In this document: piece by piece, positions 1 through 20,752 of the stretch | Layout of the letters: every line of letters begins with the position of its first letter | Numbering within the stretch: the stretch's first letter is position 1 | Assembly (NCBI RefSeq): GCF_009914755.1 | Contig: NC_060948.1 | DNA from: the human T2T-CHM13v2.0 reference genome, Homo sapiens | Length of the DNA stretch: 64,000 nt | Direction: 5' to 3' (one strand) | Translations under genes and position numbers: made by a program | Notes under the pieces: model-generated | Database searches by the model: none | Told to the model about the DNA's origin: nothing | Seen by the model: only the letters and a program-made list of their open reading frames with translations

Positions 1-1399
<1,399 letters not shown>

Positions 1400-1968
1400 A
1401 GATCCATATTTTTTAAATGAAAAAAAATTTCAAAGGTACTCTGCTTGGTACAATAATCAAATGTATAAACTGAGGAATAAAACATAACCATGAAACCTAC
1501 TTATAACTGCATATGGAAAATACAGAGGATAATTTTTTAAATAACATATTTTGAAAGCCTTAACTAGTAATTTGAAGAGTTGGCATTTGAAAGGCCAGTA
1601 TGAATATACCTTCAAAGCAGCAACACAGGTTCCCCATGAGAAAAAGCAAACACAGGGAAAATAAAAACACAAAGGTTCAATCTCTTCTGACCTTTGAAAG
1701 ACACAGCACAGACAGTGGTCCTTAGGACGAAGAGCAGGAGACCCCTAATTCCGTCACCATGGCGATAGGGCATAAACATTGCTGGGTGAGGGCACAATCC
1801 ACATTGTGAGGTCCAACTGCTGCCAGGAAGACAGGAGTGCTTTTACATAGACCGAAAGGTCATTGAAGGCTCAGAGTTTTGTTTCAAGAACTGAATCCCA
1901 AGCCCACACGTTATTAGGCTGCGCTTCTTAAAACCAGTTATGAGATGGGAAAAAGGGCACCCACAAAC
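1400..1968. repeat. HSATI-like non-Alu segment of the DYZ2 unit (copy 1 of 26; each copy is the ~569 bp right after an Alu)
   Basis: Mixed-composition ~570-bp segment from AGATCCATATTT to GGGCACCCACAAAC, nearly invariant across units. The name comes from the known tripartite DYZ2 structure; boundaries approximate. Confidence 0.75.
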
Positions 1969-3817
<1,849 letters not shown>

Positions 3818-5922
3818 AGATCCATATTTTTTAAATGAAAAAAAATTTCAAAGGTACTCTGCTTGGTACAATAATCAAATGTACAAACTGAGGAATAAAA
3901 CATAACCATGAAACCTACTTATAACTGCATATGGAAAATACAGAGGATAATTATTTAAATAACATATTTTGAAAGCCTTAACTAGTAATTTGAAGAGGTG
4001 ACATTTGAAAGACCAGTATGAATATACCTTCAAAGCAGCAACACAGGTTCCCCATGAGAAAAAGCAAACACAGGGAAAATAAAAACACAAAGGTTCAATC
4101 TCTTCTGACCTTTGAAAGACACAGCACAGACAGTGGTCCTTAGGACGAAGAGCAGGAGACCCCTAATTCCGTCACCATGGCGATAGGGCATAAACATTGC
4201 TGGGTGAGGGCACAATCCACATTGTGAGGTCCAACTGCTGCCAGGAAGACAGGAGTGCTTTTACATAGACCGAAAGGTCATTGAAGGCTCAGAGTTTTCT
4301 TTCAAGAACTGAATCCCAAGCCCACACGTTATTAGGCTGCGCTTCTTAAAACAAGTTATGAGATGGGAAAAAGGGCACCCACAAACATACGTATACATTA
4401 TGTATATAATAATATACAGTATCATATATATAATATATATAACCTATGTATAATATTGTTTTACATCCTGCATCTTATGTTATATATATTGTATAAAATA
4501 TAATAATTGATAATATATAAGTTTTATAATTATACAATATGACATATAGTATATATTATAATTTATGACATATATAATATATGTTATATATCATATATAG
4601 AGTATATTATACGGTTAATATACGTATTAAATATAAATTATACATTATATATATTATATATAATATATCTGTTATATATAATACCCATTATGCATAATAT
4701 ATATATTATGTCTATGTTATATATAGTATAAAACAACATATAATAATATATAATTGTATATATAAAATGCGACATATAATATATATTATATTTTATAACA
4801 TATGTAATATATGTTATGTATTATATATAATACGTTGAATGTATAATACCTATATTAAATATATATTATATGACTATGTTATTAATTACATGTCACATGT
4901 GTTATATATTATATATTTTACATAGAATATACCGGTTACATACAATATATACTATGTTACCTATAATGTATAATTTATTACATGTAAAATAAAGAATGCA
5001 ATATATTATGTATAATTTATAATATACAATATGTGGAATGTGATATATATAACATATAATATATGATATATGATATACAGTATATGATATATAACATACA
5101 ATATATGATTCCTAATATATATGGTATACAATATATATTTTATGATATGTATTCTATATGTTTTATATTCTGTCATATATAACTATTTGAAATTATATAT
5201 AACTGTATAATATTTTATGTAAATATGTAATATAATATATATAATTATATAATATATTATATATAACTATATATTATGTTACATATACTTTTATAACATA
5301 ATTTACATAAAATATCATAATATAATATATATTATATTATTTCATATTACATAATATATATTACATATCACCCAATATAACTAACATACATAATATTATA
5401 ATATAGATTATATTATGTTATATTAAATATCATATATATCATGTATCATATATTCTATAATATATATTACACATTATATAATATGTATGTTGTCTATTAT
5501 GTGATATATATAACTATATATATAATTATATTTTTATACATATAACTAGATAAACATGTAATTCTACATATTTTCATTTATAATATGTAGAATTATATAA
5601 TCATATATAATTATTTATATTCTATAAAAAATTTTATCATTATATAAATTATAATATATAAAAATTATAATATGTACTACAAATATATATATTATATATC
5701 ATATATGATATAGTACCTTTGTTATATATCATAATACATATAAATGTGTATTATGTTATCTATAATTATATAATTTCATATATAAGATGTATAATATGTA
5801 TCATATATTATATATGTTATGTAATATATATAGTATATATAAGATGACACAGGATAAATATTATATACTATGACATATAAAATATATGAGGTTATATGTT
5901 ACATATAAGGCATAGCACATAA

Positions 5923-6237
<315 letters not shown>

Positions 6238-8342
6238 AGATCCATATTTTTTAAATGAAAAAAAATTTCAAAGGTACTCTGCTTGGTACAATAATCAAAT
6301 GTATAAACTGAGGAATAAAACATAACCATGAAACCTACTTATAACTGCATATGGAAAATACAGAGGATAATTTTTTAAATAACATATTTTGAAAGCCTTA
6401 ACTAGTAATTTGAAGAGTTGGCATTTGAAAGGCCAGTATGAATATACCTTCAAAGCAGCAACACAGGTTCCCCATGAGAAAAAGCAAACACAGGGAAAAT
6501 AAAAACACAAAGGTTCAATCTCTTCTGACCTTTGAAAGACACAGCACAGACAGTGGTCCTTAGGACGAAGAGCAGGAGACCCCTAATTCCGTCACCATGG
6601 CGATAGGGCATAAACATTGCTGGGTGAGGGCACAATCCACATTGTGAGGTCCAACTGCTGCCAGGAAGACAGGAGTGCTTTTACATAGACCGAAAGGTCA
6701 TTGAAGGCTCAGAGTTTTGTTTCAAGAACTGAATCCCAAGCCCACACGTTATTAGGCTGCGCTTCTTAAAACAAGTTATGAGATGGGAAAAAGGGCACCC
6801 ACAAACATACGTATACATTATGTATATAATAATATACAGTATCATATATATACTATATATAACCTATGTATAATATTGTTTTACATCCTGCATCTTATGT
6901 TATATATATTGTATAAAATATAATAATTGATAATATATAAGTTTTATAATTATACAATATGACATATAGTGTATATTATAATTTATGACATATATAATAT
7001 ATGTTATATATCATATATAGAGTATATTATACGGTTAATATACGTATTAAATATAAATTATACCTTATATATATTATATATAATATATCTGTTATATATA
7101 ATACCCATTATGCATAATATATATATTATGTCTATGTTATATATAGTATAAAACAACATATAATAATATATAATTGTATATATAAAATGCGACATATAAT
7201 ATATATTATATTTTATAACATATGTAATATATATTATATATTATATATAATACGTTGTATGTATAATACCTATATTAAATATATATTATATGACTATGTT
7301 ATTAATTACATGTCACATGTGTTATATATTATATATTTTACATAGAATATACCGGTTACATACAATATATACTATGTTACCTATAATGTATAATTTATTA
7401 CATGTAAAATAAAGAATGCAACATATTATGTATAATTTATAATATACAATATGTGGAATGTGATATATATAACATATAATATATGATATATGATATACAG
7501 TATATGATATATAACATACAATATATGATTCCTAATATATATGGTATACAATATATATTTTATGATATGTATTCTATATGTTTTATATTCTGTCATATAT
7601 AACTATTGGAAATTATATATAACTGTATAATATTTTATGTAAATATGTAATATAATATATATAACTATATAATATATTATATATAACTATATATTATGTT
7701 ATATATACTTTTATAACATTATTTACATAAAATATCATAATATAATATATATTATATTATTTCATATTACATAATATATATTACATATCACCCAATATAA
7801 CTAACATACATAATATTATAATATAGATTATATTATGTTATATTAAATATCATATATATCATGTATCATATATTCTATAATATATATTACACATTATATA
7901 ATATGTATGTTGTCTATTATGTGATATATATAACTATATATGTAATTATATTTTTATACATATAACTAGATAAACATGTAATTCTACATATTTTCATTTA
8001 TAATATGTAGAATTATATAATCATATATAATTATTTATATTCTATAAAAAATTTTATCATTATATAAATTATAATATATAAAAATTATAATATGTACTAC
8101 AAATATATATATTATATATCATATATGATATAGTACCTTTGTTATATATCATAATACATATAAATGTGTATTATGTTATCTATAATTATATAATTTCATA
8201 TATAAGATGTATAATATGTATCATATATTATATATGTTATGTAATATATATAGTATATATAAGATGACACAGGATAAATATTATACACTATGACATATAA
8301 AATATATCAGGTTATGTGTTACATATAAGGCATAGCACATAA

Positions 8343-8657
<315 letters not shown>

Positions 8658-10755
8658 AGATCCATATTTTTTAAATGAAAAAAAATTTCAAAGGTACTCT
8701 GCTTGGTACAATAATCAAATGTATAAACTGAGGAATAAAACATAACCATGAAACCTACTTATAACTGCATATGGAAAATACAGAGGATAATTTTTTAAAT
8801 AACATATTTTGAAAGCCTTAACTAGTAATTTGAAGAGTTGGCATTTGAAAGGCCAGTATGAATATACCTTCAAAGCAGCAACACAGGTTCCCCATGAGAA
8901 AAAGCAAACACAGGGAAAATAAAAACACAAAGGTTCAATCTCTTCTGACCTTTGAAAGACACAGCACAGACAGTGGTCCTTAGGACGAAGAGCAGGAGAC
9001 CCCTAATTCCGTCACCATGGCGATAGGGCATAAACATTGCTGGGTGAGGGCACAATCCACATTGTGAGGTCCAACTGCTGCCAGGAAGACAGGAGTGCTT
9101 TTACATAGACCGAAAGGTCATTGAAGGCTCAGAGTTTTGTTTCAAGAACTGAATCCCAAGCCCACACGTTATTAGGCTGCGCTTCTTAAAACAAGTTATG
9201 AGATGGGAAAAAGGACACCCACAAACATACGTATACATTATGTATATAATAATATACAGTATCATATATATAATATATATAACCTATGTATAATATTGTT
9301 TTACATCCTGCATCTTATGTCATATATATTGTATAAAATATAATAATTGATAATATATAAGTTTTATATTTATACAATATGACATATAGTATATATTATT
9401 ATTTATGACATATATAATATATGTTATATATCATATATAGAATATATTAAACGGTTAATATACGTATTAAATATAAATTATACATTATATATATTATATA
9501 TAATATATCTGTTATATATAATACCCATTATGCATAATAAATATTTTATGTCTATGTTATATATAGTATAAAACAACATATAATAATATATAATTGTATA
9601 TATAAAATGCGACATATAATATATATTATATTTTATAACATATGTAATATATATTATATATTATATATAATACGTTGAATGTATAATACCTATATTAAAT
9701 ATATATTATATGACTATGTTATTAATTACATGTCACATGTGTTATATATTATATATTTTACATAGAATATACCGGTTACATACAATATATACTATGTTAC
9801 CTATAATGTATAATTTATTACATGTAAAATAAAGAATGCAATATATTATGTATAATTTATAATATACAATATGTGGAATGTGATATATATAACATATAAT
9901 ATATGATATATGATATACAGTATATGATATATAACATACAATATATGATTCCTAATATATATGGTATACAATATATATTTTATGATATGTATTCTATATG
10001 TTTTATATTCTGTTATATAAAACTATTTGAAATTATATATAACTGTATAATATTTTATGTAAATATGTAATATAATATATATAACTATATAATATATTAT
10101 ATATAACTATATATTATGTTATATATACTTTTATAACATAATTTACATAAAATATCATAATATAATATATATTATATTATTTCATATTACATAATATATA
10201 TTACATATCACCCAATATAACTAACATACATAATATTATAATATAGATTATATTGTGTTATATTAAATATCATATATATCATGTATCATATATTCTATAA
10301 TATATATTACACATTATATAATATGTATGTTGTCTATTATGTGATATATATAACTATATATATAATTATATTTTTATACATATAACTGGATAAACATGTA
10401 ATTCTACATATTTTCATTTATAATATGTAGAATTATATAATCATATATAATTATTTATATTCTATAAAAAATTTTATCATTATATAAATTATAATATATA
10501 AAAATTATAATATGTACTACAAATATATATATTATATATCATATATGATATAGTACCTTTGTTATATATCATAATACATATAAATGTGTATTATGTTATC
10601 TATAATTATATAATTTCATATATAAGATGTATAATATATATCATATATTATATATGTTATGTAATATATATAGTATATATAAGATGACACAGGATAAATA
10701 TTATATACTATGACATATAAAATATATGAGGTTATATGTTACATATAAGGCATAG

Positions 10756-11076
<321 letters not shown>

Positions 11077-13204
11077 AGATCCATATTTTTTAAATGAAAA
11101 AAAATTTCAAAGGTACTCTGCTTGGTACAATAATCAAATGTATAAACTGAGGAATAAAACATAACCATGAAACCTACTTATAACTGCATATGGAAAATAC
11201 AGAGGATAATTTTTTAAATAACATATTTTGAAAGCCTTAACTAGTAATTTGAAGAGTTGGCATTTGAAAGGCCAGTATGAATATACCTTCAAAGCAGCAA
11301 CACAGGTTCCCCATGAGAAAAAGCAAACACAGGGAAAATAAAAACACAAAGGTTCAATCTCTTCTGACCTTTGAAAGACACAGCACAGACAGTGGTCCTT
11401 AGGACGAAGAGCAGGAGACCCCTAATTCCGTCACCATGGCGATAGGGCATAAACATTGCTGGGTGAGGGCACAATCCACATTGTGAGGTCCAACTGCTGC
11501 CAGGAAGACAGGAGTGCTTTTACATAGACCGAAAGGTCATTGAAGGCTCAGAGTTTTGTTTCAAGAACTGAATCCCAAGCCCACACGTTATTAGGCTGCG
11601 CTTCTTAAAACAAGTTATGAGATGGGAAAAAGGGCACCCACAAACATACGTATACATTATGTATATAATAATATACAGTATCATATATATAATATATATA
11701 ACCTATGTATAATATTGTTTTACATCCTACATCTTATGTTATATATATTTTATAAAATATAATAATTGATAATATATAAGTTTTATATTTATACAATATG
11801 ACATATAGTATATATTATAATTTATGACATATATAATATATGTTATATGTCATATATAGAATATATTATACGGTTAATATACGTATTAAATATAAATTAT
11901 CCATTATATATATTATATATAATATATCTGTTATATATAATACCCATTATGCATAATATATATATTATGTCTATGTTATATATAGTATAAAACAACATAT
12001 AATAATATATAATTGTATATATAAAATGCGACATATAATATATATTATATTTTATAACATATGTAATATATATTATATATTATATATAATACGTTGTATG
12101 TATAATACCTATATTAAATATATATTATATGACTATGTTATTAATTACATGTCACATGTGTTATATATTATATATTTTACATAGAATATACCGGTTACAT
12201 ACAATATATACTATGTTACCTATAATGTATAATTTATTACATGTAAAATAAAGAATGCAATATATTATGTATAATTTATAATATACCATATGTGGAATGT
12301 GATATATATAACATATAATATATGATATATGATATACAGTATATGATATATAACATACAATATATGATTCCTAATATATATGGTATACAATATATATTTT
12401 ATGATATGTATTCTATATGTTTTATATTCTGTTATATATAACTATTTGAAAATATATATAACTGTATAATATTTTATGTAAATATGTAATATAATATATA
12501 TAACTATATAATATATTATATATAACTATATATTATGTTATATATACTTTTATAACATAATTTACATAAAATATCATAATATAATATATATTATATTATT
12601 TCATATTACATAATATATATTACATATCACCCAATATAACTAACATACATAATATTATAATATAGATTATATTGTGTTATATTAAATATCATATATATCA
12701 TGTATCATATATTCTATAATATATATTACACATTATATAATATGTATGTTGTCTATTATGTGATATATATAACTATATATATAATTATATTTTTATACAT
12801 ATAACTAGATAAACATGTAATTCTACATATTTTCATTTATAATATGTAGAATTATATAATCATATATAATTATTTATATTCTATAAAAAATTTTATCATT
12901 ATATAAATTATAATATATAAAAATTATAATATGTACTACAAATATATATATTATATATCATATATGATATAGTACCTTTGTTATATATCATAATACTTAT
13001 AAATGTGTATTATGTTATCTATAATTATATAATTTCATATATAAGATGTATAATATGTATCATATATTATATATGTTATGTAATATATACAGTATATATA
13101 AGATGACACAGGATAAATATTATATACTATGACATATAAAATATATGAGGTTATATGTTACATATAAGGCATAGCACATAACATGTAATATATATCATAT
13201 ATAA

Positions 13205-13496
13205 TTTTTTTTTAGACAGAATCTTGTCCTGTTGCACAGGGTGGGGTACAATGGCGCCATCTTTGCTCACTGCAACTTCTGCCTCACAGGTCCAAGCGAT
13301 TGTCCTCCCTCAGCCTCCCAGGTAGCTGGGACTACACCACACTGGGACTACACCAGCTGCCACCATGCCTAGCTAATTTTTTGGATTTTTAGTAGTGACA
13401 GCGTTTCACTGTATTGGCCAGGATGGTCTTGATCTCTTCACCTTGTGATCCCCTTGCCTTGGCCTCCAAATTTGCTGGGATTACAGGCCTGAGCCA
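13205..13496 (-). mobile_element. Diverged Alu, unit 6
   Basis: Same element as 1108-1399. Confidence 0.9.
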
Positions 13497-15599
13497 AGAT
13501 CCATATTTTTTAAATGAAAAAAAATTTCAAAGGTACTCTGCTTGGTACAATAATCAAATGTATAAACTGAGGAATAAAACATAACCATGAAACCTACTTA
13601 TAACTGCATATGGAAAATACAGAGGATAATTTTTTAAATAACATATTTTGAAAGCCTTAACTAGTAATTTGAAGAGCTGGCATTTGAAAGGCCAGTATGA
13701 ATATACCTTCAAAGCAGCAACACAGGTTCCCCATGAGAAAAAGCAAACACAGGGAAAATAAAAACACAAAGGTTCAATCTCTTCTGACCTTTGAAAGACA
13801 CAGCACAGACAGTGGTCCTGAGGACGAAGAGCGGGAGACCCCTAATTCCGTCACCATGGCGATAGGGCATAAACATTGCTGGGTGAGGGCACAATCCACA
13901 TTGTGAGGTCCAACTGCTGCCAGGAAGACAGGAGTGCTTTTACATAGAGCGAAAGGTCATTGAAGGCTCAGAGTTTTGTTTCAAGAACTGAATCCCAAGC
14001 CCACACGTTATTAGGCTGCGCTTCTTAAAACAAGTTATGAGATGGGGAAAAGGGCACCCACAAACATACGTATACATTATGTATATAATAATATACAGTA
14101 TCATATATATAATATATATAACCTATGTATAATATTGTTTTACATCCTGCATCTTATGTTATATATATTGTATAAAATATAATAATTGATAATATATAAG
14201 TTTTATAATTATACAATATGACATATAGTATATATTATAATTTATGACATATAATATATGTTATATGTCATATATAGAATATATTATACGGTTAATATAC
14301 GTATTAAATATAAATTATACATTATATATATTATATATAATATATCTGTTATATATAATACCCATTATGCATAATATATATATTATGTCTATGTTATATA
14401 TAGTATAAAACAACATATAATAATATATAATTGTATATATAAAATGCGACATATAATATATATTATATTTTATAACATATGTAATATATATTATATATTA
14501 TATATAATACGTTGTATGTATAATACCTATATTAAATATATATTATATGACTATGTTATTAATTACATGTCACATGTGTTATATATTATATATTTTACAT
14601 AGAATATACCGGTTACATACAATATATACTATGTTACCTAAAATGTATAATTTATTACAAGTAAAATAAAGAATGCAATATATTATGTATAATTTATAAT
14701 ATACCATATGTGGAATGTGACATATATAACATATAATATAGGATATATGATATACAGTATATGATATATAACATATAATATATGATTCCTAATATATATG
14801 TTATACAATATATATTTTATGATATGTATTCTATATGTTTTATATTCTGTTATATATAACTATTTGAAATTATATATAACTGTATAATATTTTATGTAAA
14901 TATGTAATATAATATATATAACTATATAATATATTATATATAACTATATATTATGTTATATATACTTTTATAACATAATTTACATAAAATATCATAATAT
15001 AATATATATTATATTATTTCATATTACATAATATATATTACATATCACCCAATATAACTAACATACAGAATATTATAATATAGATTATATTGTGTTATAT
15101 TAAATATCATATATATCATGTATCATATATTCTATAATATATATTACACATTATATAATATGTATGTTGTCTATTATGTGATATATATAACTGTATATAT
15201 AATTATATTTTTATACATATAACTAGATAAACATGTAATTCTACATATTTTCATTTATAATATGTAGAATTATATAATCATATATAATCATTTATATTCT
15301 ATAAAAAATTTTATCATTATATAAATTATAATATATAAAAATTATAATATGTACTACAAATATATATATTATATATCATATATGATATAGTACCTTTGTT
15401 ATATATCATAATACATATAAATGTGTATTATGTTATCTATAATTATATAATTTCATATATAAGATGTATAATATGTATCATATATTATATATGTTATGTA
15501 ATATATATAGTATATATAAGATGACACAGGATAAATATTATATACTATGACATATAAAATATATGAGGTTATATGTTACATATAAGGCATAGCACATAA

Positions 15600-15914
<315 letters not shown>

Positions 15915-18019
15915 AGATCCATATTTTTTAAATGAAAAAAAATTTCAAAGGTACTCTGCTTGGTACAATAATCAAATGTATAAACTGAGGAATAAAACAT
16001 AACCATGAAACCTACTTATAACTGCATATGGAAAATACAGAGGATAATTTTTTAAATAACATATTTTGAAAGCCTTAACTAGTAATTTGAAGAGTTGGCA
16101 TTTGAAAGGCCAGTATGAATATACCTTCAAAGCAGCAACACAGGTTCCCCATGAGAAAAAGCAAACACAGGGAAAATAAAAACACAAAGGTTCAATCTCT
16201 TCTGACCTTTGAAAGACACAGCACAGACAGTGGTCCTTAGGACGAAGAGCAGGAGACCCCTAATTCCGTCACCATGGCGATAGGGCATAAACATTGCTGG
16301 GTGAGGGCACAATCCACATTGTGAGGTCCAACTGCTGCCAGGAAGACAGGAGTGCTTTTACATAGACCGAAAGGTCATTGAAGGCTCAGAGTTTTGTTTC
16401 AAGAACTGAATCCCAAGCCCACACGTTATTAGGCTGCGCTTCTTAAAACAAGTTATGAGATGGGAAAAAGGGCACCCACAAACATACGTATACATTATGT
16501 ATATAATAATATACAGTATCATATATATAATATATATAACCTATGTATAATATTGTTTTACATCCTACATCTTATGTTATATATATTTTATAAAATATAA
16601 TAATTGATAATATATAAGTTTTATATTTATACAATATGACATATAGTATATATTATAATTTATGACATATATAATATATGTTATATGTCATATATAGAAT
16701 ATATTATACGGTTAATATACGTATTAAATATAAATTATACATTATATATATTATATATAATATATCTGTTATATATAATACCCATTATGCATAATATATA
16801 TATTATGTCTATGTTATATATAGTATAAAACAACATATAATAATATATAATTGTATATATAAAATGCGACATATAATATATATTATATTTTATAACATAT
16901 GTAATATATATTATATATTATATATAATACGTTGTATGTATAATACCTATATTAAATATATATTATATGACTATGTTATTAATTACATGTCACATGTGTT
17001 ATATATTATATATTTTACATAGAATATACCGGTTACATACAATATATACTATGTTACCTATAATGTATAATTTATTACATGTAAAATAAAGAATGCAATA
17101 TATTATGTATAATTTATAATATACCATATGTGGAATGTGATATATATAACATATAATATATGATATATGATATACAGTATATGATATATAACATACAATA
17201 TATGATTCCTAATATATATGGTATACAATATATATTTTATGATATGTATTCTATATGTTTTATATTCTGTTATATATAACTATTTGAAAATATATATAAC
17301 TGTATAATATTTTATGTAAATATGTAATATAATATATATAACTATATAATATATTATATATAACTATATATTATGTTATATATACTTTTATAACATAATT
17401 TACATAAAATATCATAATATAATATATATTATATTATTTCATATTACATAATATATATTACATATCACCCAATATAACTAACATACATAATATTATAATA
17501 TAGATTATATTGTGTTATATTAAATATCATATATATCATGTATCATATATTCTATAATATATATTACACATTATATAATATGTATGTTGTCTATTATGTG
17601 ATATATATAACTATATATATAATTATATTTTTATACATATAACTAGATAAACATGTAATTCTACATATTTTCATTTATAATATGTAGAATTATATAATCA
17701 TATATAATTATTTATATTCTATAAAAAATTTTATCATTATATAAATTATAATATATAAAAATTATAATATGTACTACAAATATATATATTATATATCATA
17801 TATGATATAGTACCTTTGTTATATATCATAATACATATAAATGTGTATTATGTTATCTATAATTATATAATTTCATATATAAGATGTATAATATGTATCA
17901 TATATTATATATGTTATGTAATATATACAGTATATATAAGATGACACAGGATAAATATTATATACTATGACATATAAAATATATGAGGTTATATGTTACA
18001 TATAAGGCATAGCACATAA

Positions 18020-18334
<315 letters not shown>

Positions 18335-20460
18335 AGATCCATATTTTTTAAATGAAAAAAAATTTCAAAGGTACTCTGCTTGGTACAATAATCAAATGTA
18401 TAAACTGAGGAATAAAACATAACCATGAAACCTACTTATAACTGCATATGGAAAATACAGAGGATAATTTTTTAAATAACATATTTTGAAAGCCTTAACT
18501 AGTAATTTGAAGAGCTGGCATTTGAAAGGCCAGTATGAATATACCTTCAAAGCAGCAACACAGGTTCCCCATGAGAAAAAGCAAACACAGGGAAAATAAA
18601 AACACAAAGGTTCAATCTCTTCTGACCTTTGAAAGACACAGCACAGACAGTGGTCCTGACGACGAAGAGCGGGAGACCCCTAATTCCGTCACCATGGCGA
18701 TAGGGCATAAACATTGCTGGGTGAGGGCACAATCCACATTGTGAGGTCCAACTGCTGCCAGGAAGACAGGAGTGCTTTTACATAGACCGAAAGGTCATTG
18801 AAGGCTCAGAGTTTTGTTTCAAGAACTGAATCCCAAGCCCACACGTTATTAGGCTGCGCTTCTTAAAACAAGTTATGAGATGGGGAAAAGGGCACCCACA
18901 AACATACGTATACATTATGTATATAATAATATACAGTATCATATATATAATATATATAACCTATGTATAATATTGTTTTACATCCTGCATCTTATGTTAT
19001 ATATATTGTATAAAATATAATAATTGATAATATATAAGTTTTATAATTATACAATATGACATATAGTATATATTATAATTTATGACATATAATATATGTT
19101 ATATGTCATATATAGAATATATTATACGGTTAATATACGTATTAAATATAAATTATACATTATATATATTATATATAATATATCTGTTATATATAATACC
19201 CATTATGCATAATATATATATTATGTCTATGTTATATATAGTATAAAACAACATATAATAATATATAATTGTATATATAAAATGCGACATATAATATATA
19301 TTATATTTTATAACATATGTAATATATATTATATATTATATATAATACGTTGTATGTATAATACCTATATTAAATATATATTATATGACTATGTTATTAA
19401 TTACATGTCACATGTGTTATATATTATATATTTTACATAGAATATACCGGTTACATACAATATATACTATGTTACCTAAAATGTATAATTTATTACAAGT
19501 AAAATAAAGAATGCAATATATTATGTATAATTTATAATATACCATATGTGGAATGTGACATATATAACATATAATATATGATATATGATATACAGTATAT
19601 GATATATAACATATAATATATGATTCCTAATATATATGTCATACAATATATATTTTATGATATGTATTCTATATGTTTTATATTCTGTTATATATAACTA
19701 TTTGAAATTATATATAACTGTATAATATTTTATGTAAATATGTAATATAATATATATAACTATATAATATATTATATATAACTATATATTATGTTATATA
19801 TACTTTTATAACATAATTTACATAAAATATCATAATATAATATATATTATATTATTTCATATTACATAATATATATTACATATCACCCAATATAACTAAC
19901 ATACAGAATATTATAATATAGATTATATTGTGTTATATTAAATATCATATATATCATGTATCATATATTCTATAATATATATTACACATTATATAATATG
20001 TATGTTGTCTATTATGTGATATATATAACTATATATATAATTATATTTTTATACATATAACTAGATAAACATGTAATTCTACATATTTTCATTTATAATA
20101 TGTAGAATTATATAATCATATATAATCATTTATATTCTATAAAAAATTTTATCATTATATAAATTATAATATATAAAAATTATAATATGTACTACAAATA
20201 TATATATTATATATCATATATGATATAGTACCTTTGTTATATATCATAATACATATAAATGTGTATTATGTTATCTATAATTATATAATTTCATATATAA
20301 GATGTATAATATGTATCATATATTATATATGTTATGTAATATATATAGTATATATAAGATGACACAGGATAAATATTATATACTATGACATATAAAATAT
20401 ATGAGGTTATATGTTACATATAAGGCATAGCACATAACATGTAATATATATCATATATAA

Positions 20461-20752
<292 letters not shown>

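Noticed and set aside
1457-1797. 71-aa and 61-aa minus-strand ORFs repeated in every unit
   Set aside because: Short, overlapping, no recognisable domain. Their identity across units follows from DNA-level homogenisation, not coding constraint.
13697-13906. 69-aa plus-strand ORF (also at 18535)
   Set aside because: Exists only through a TAG>GAG/GAC change in two units; marks the dimer duplication, with no gene evidence.
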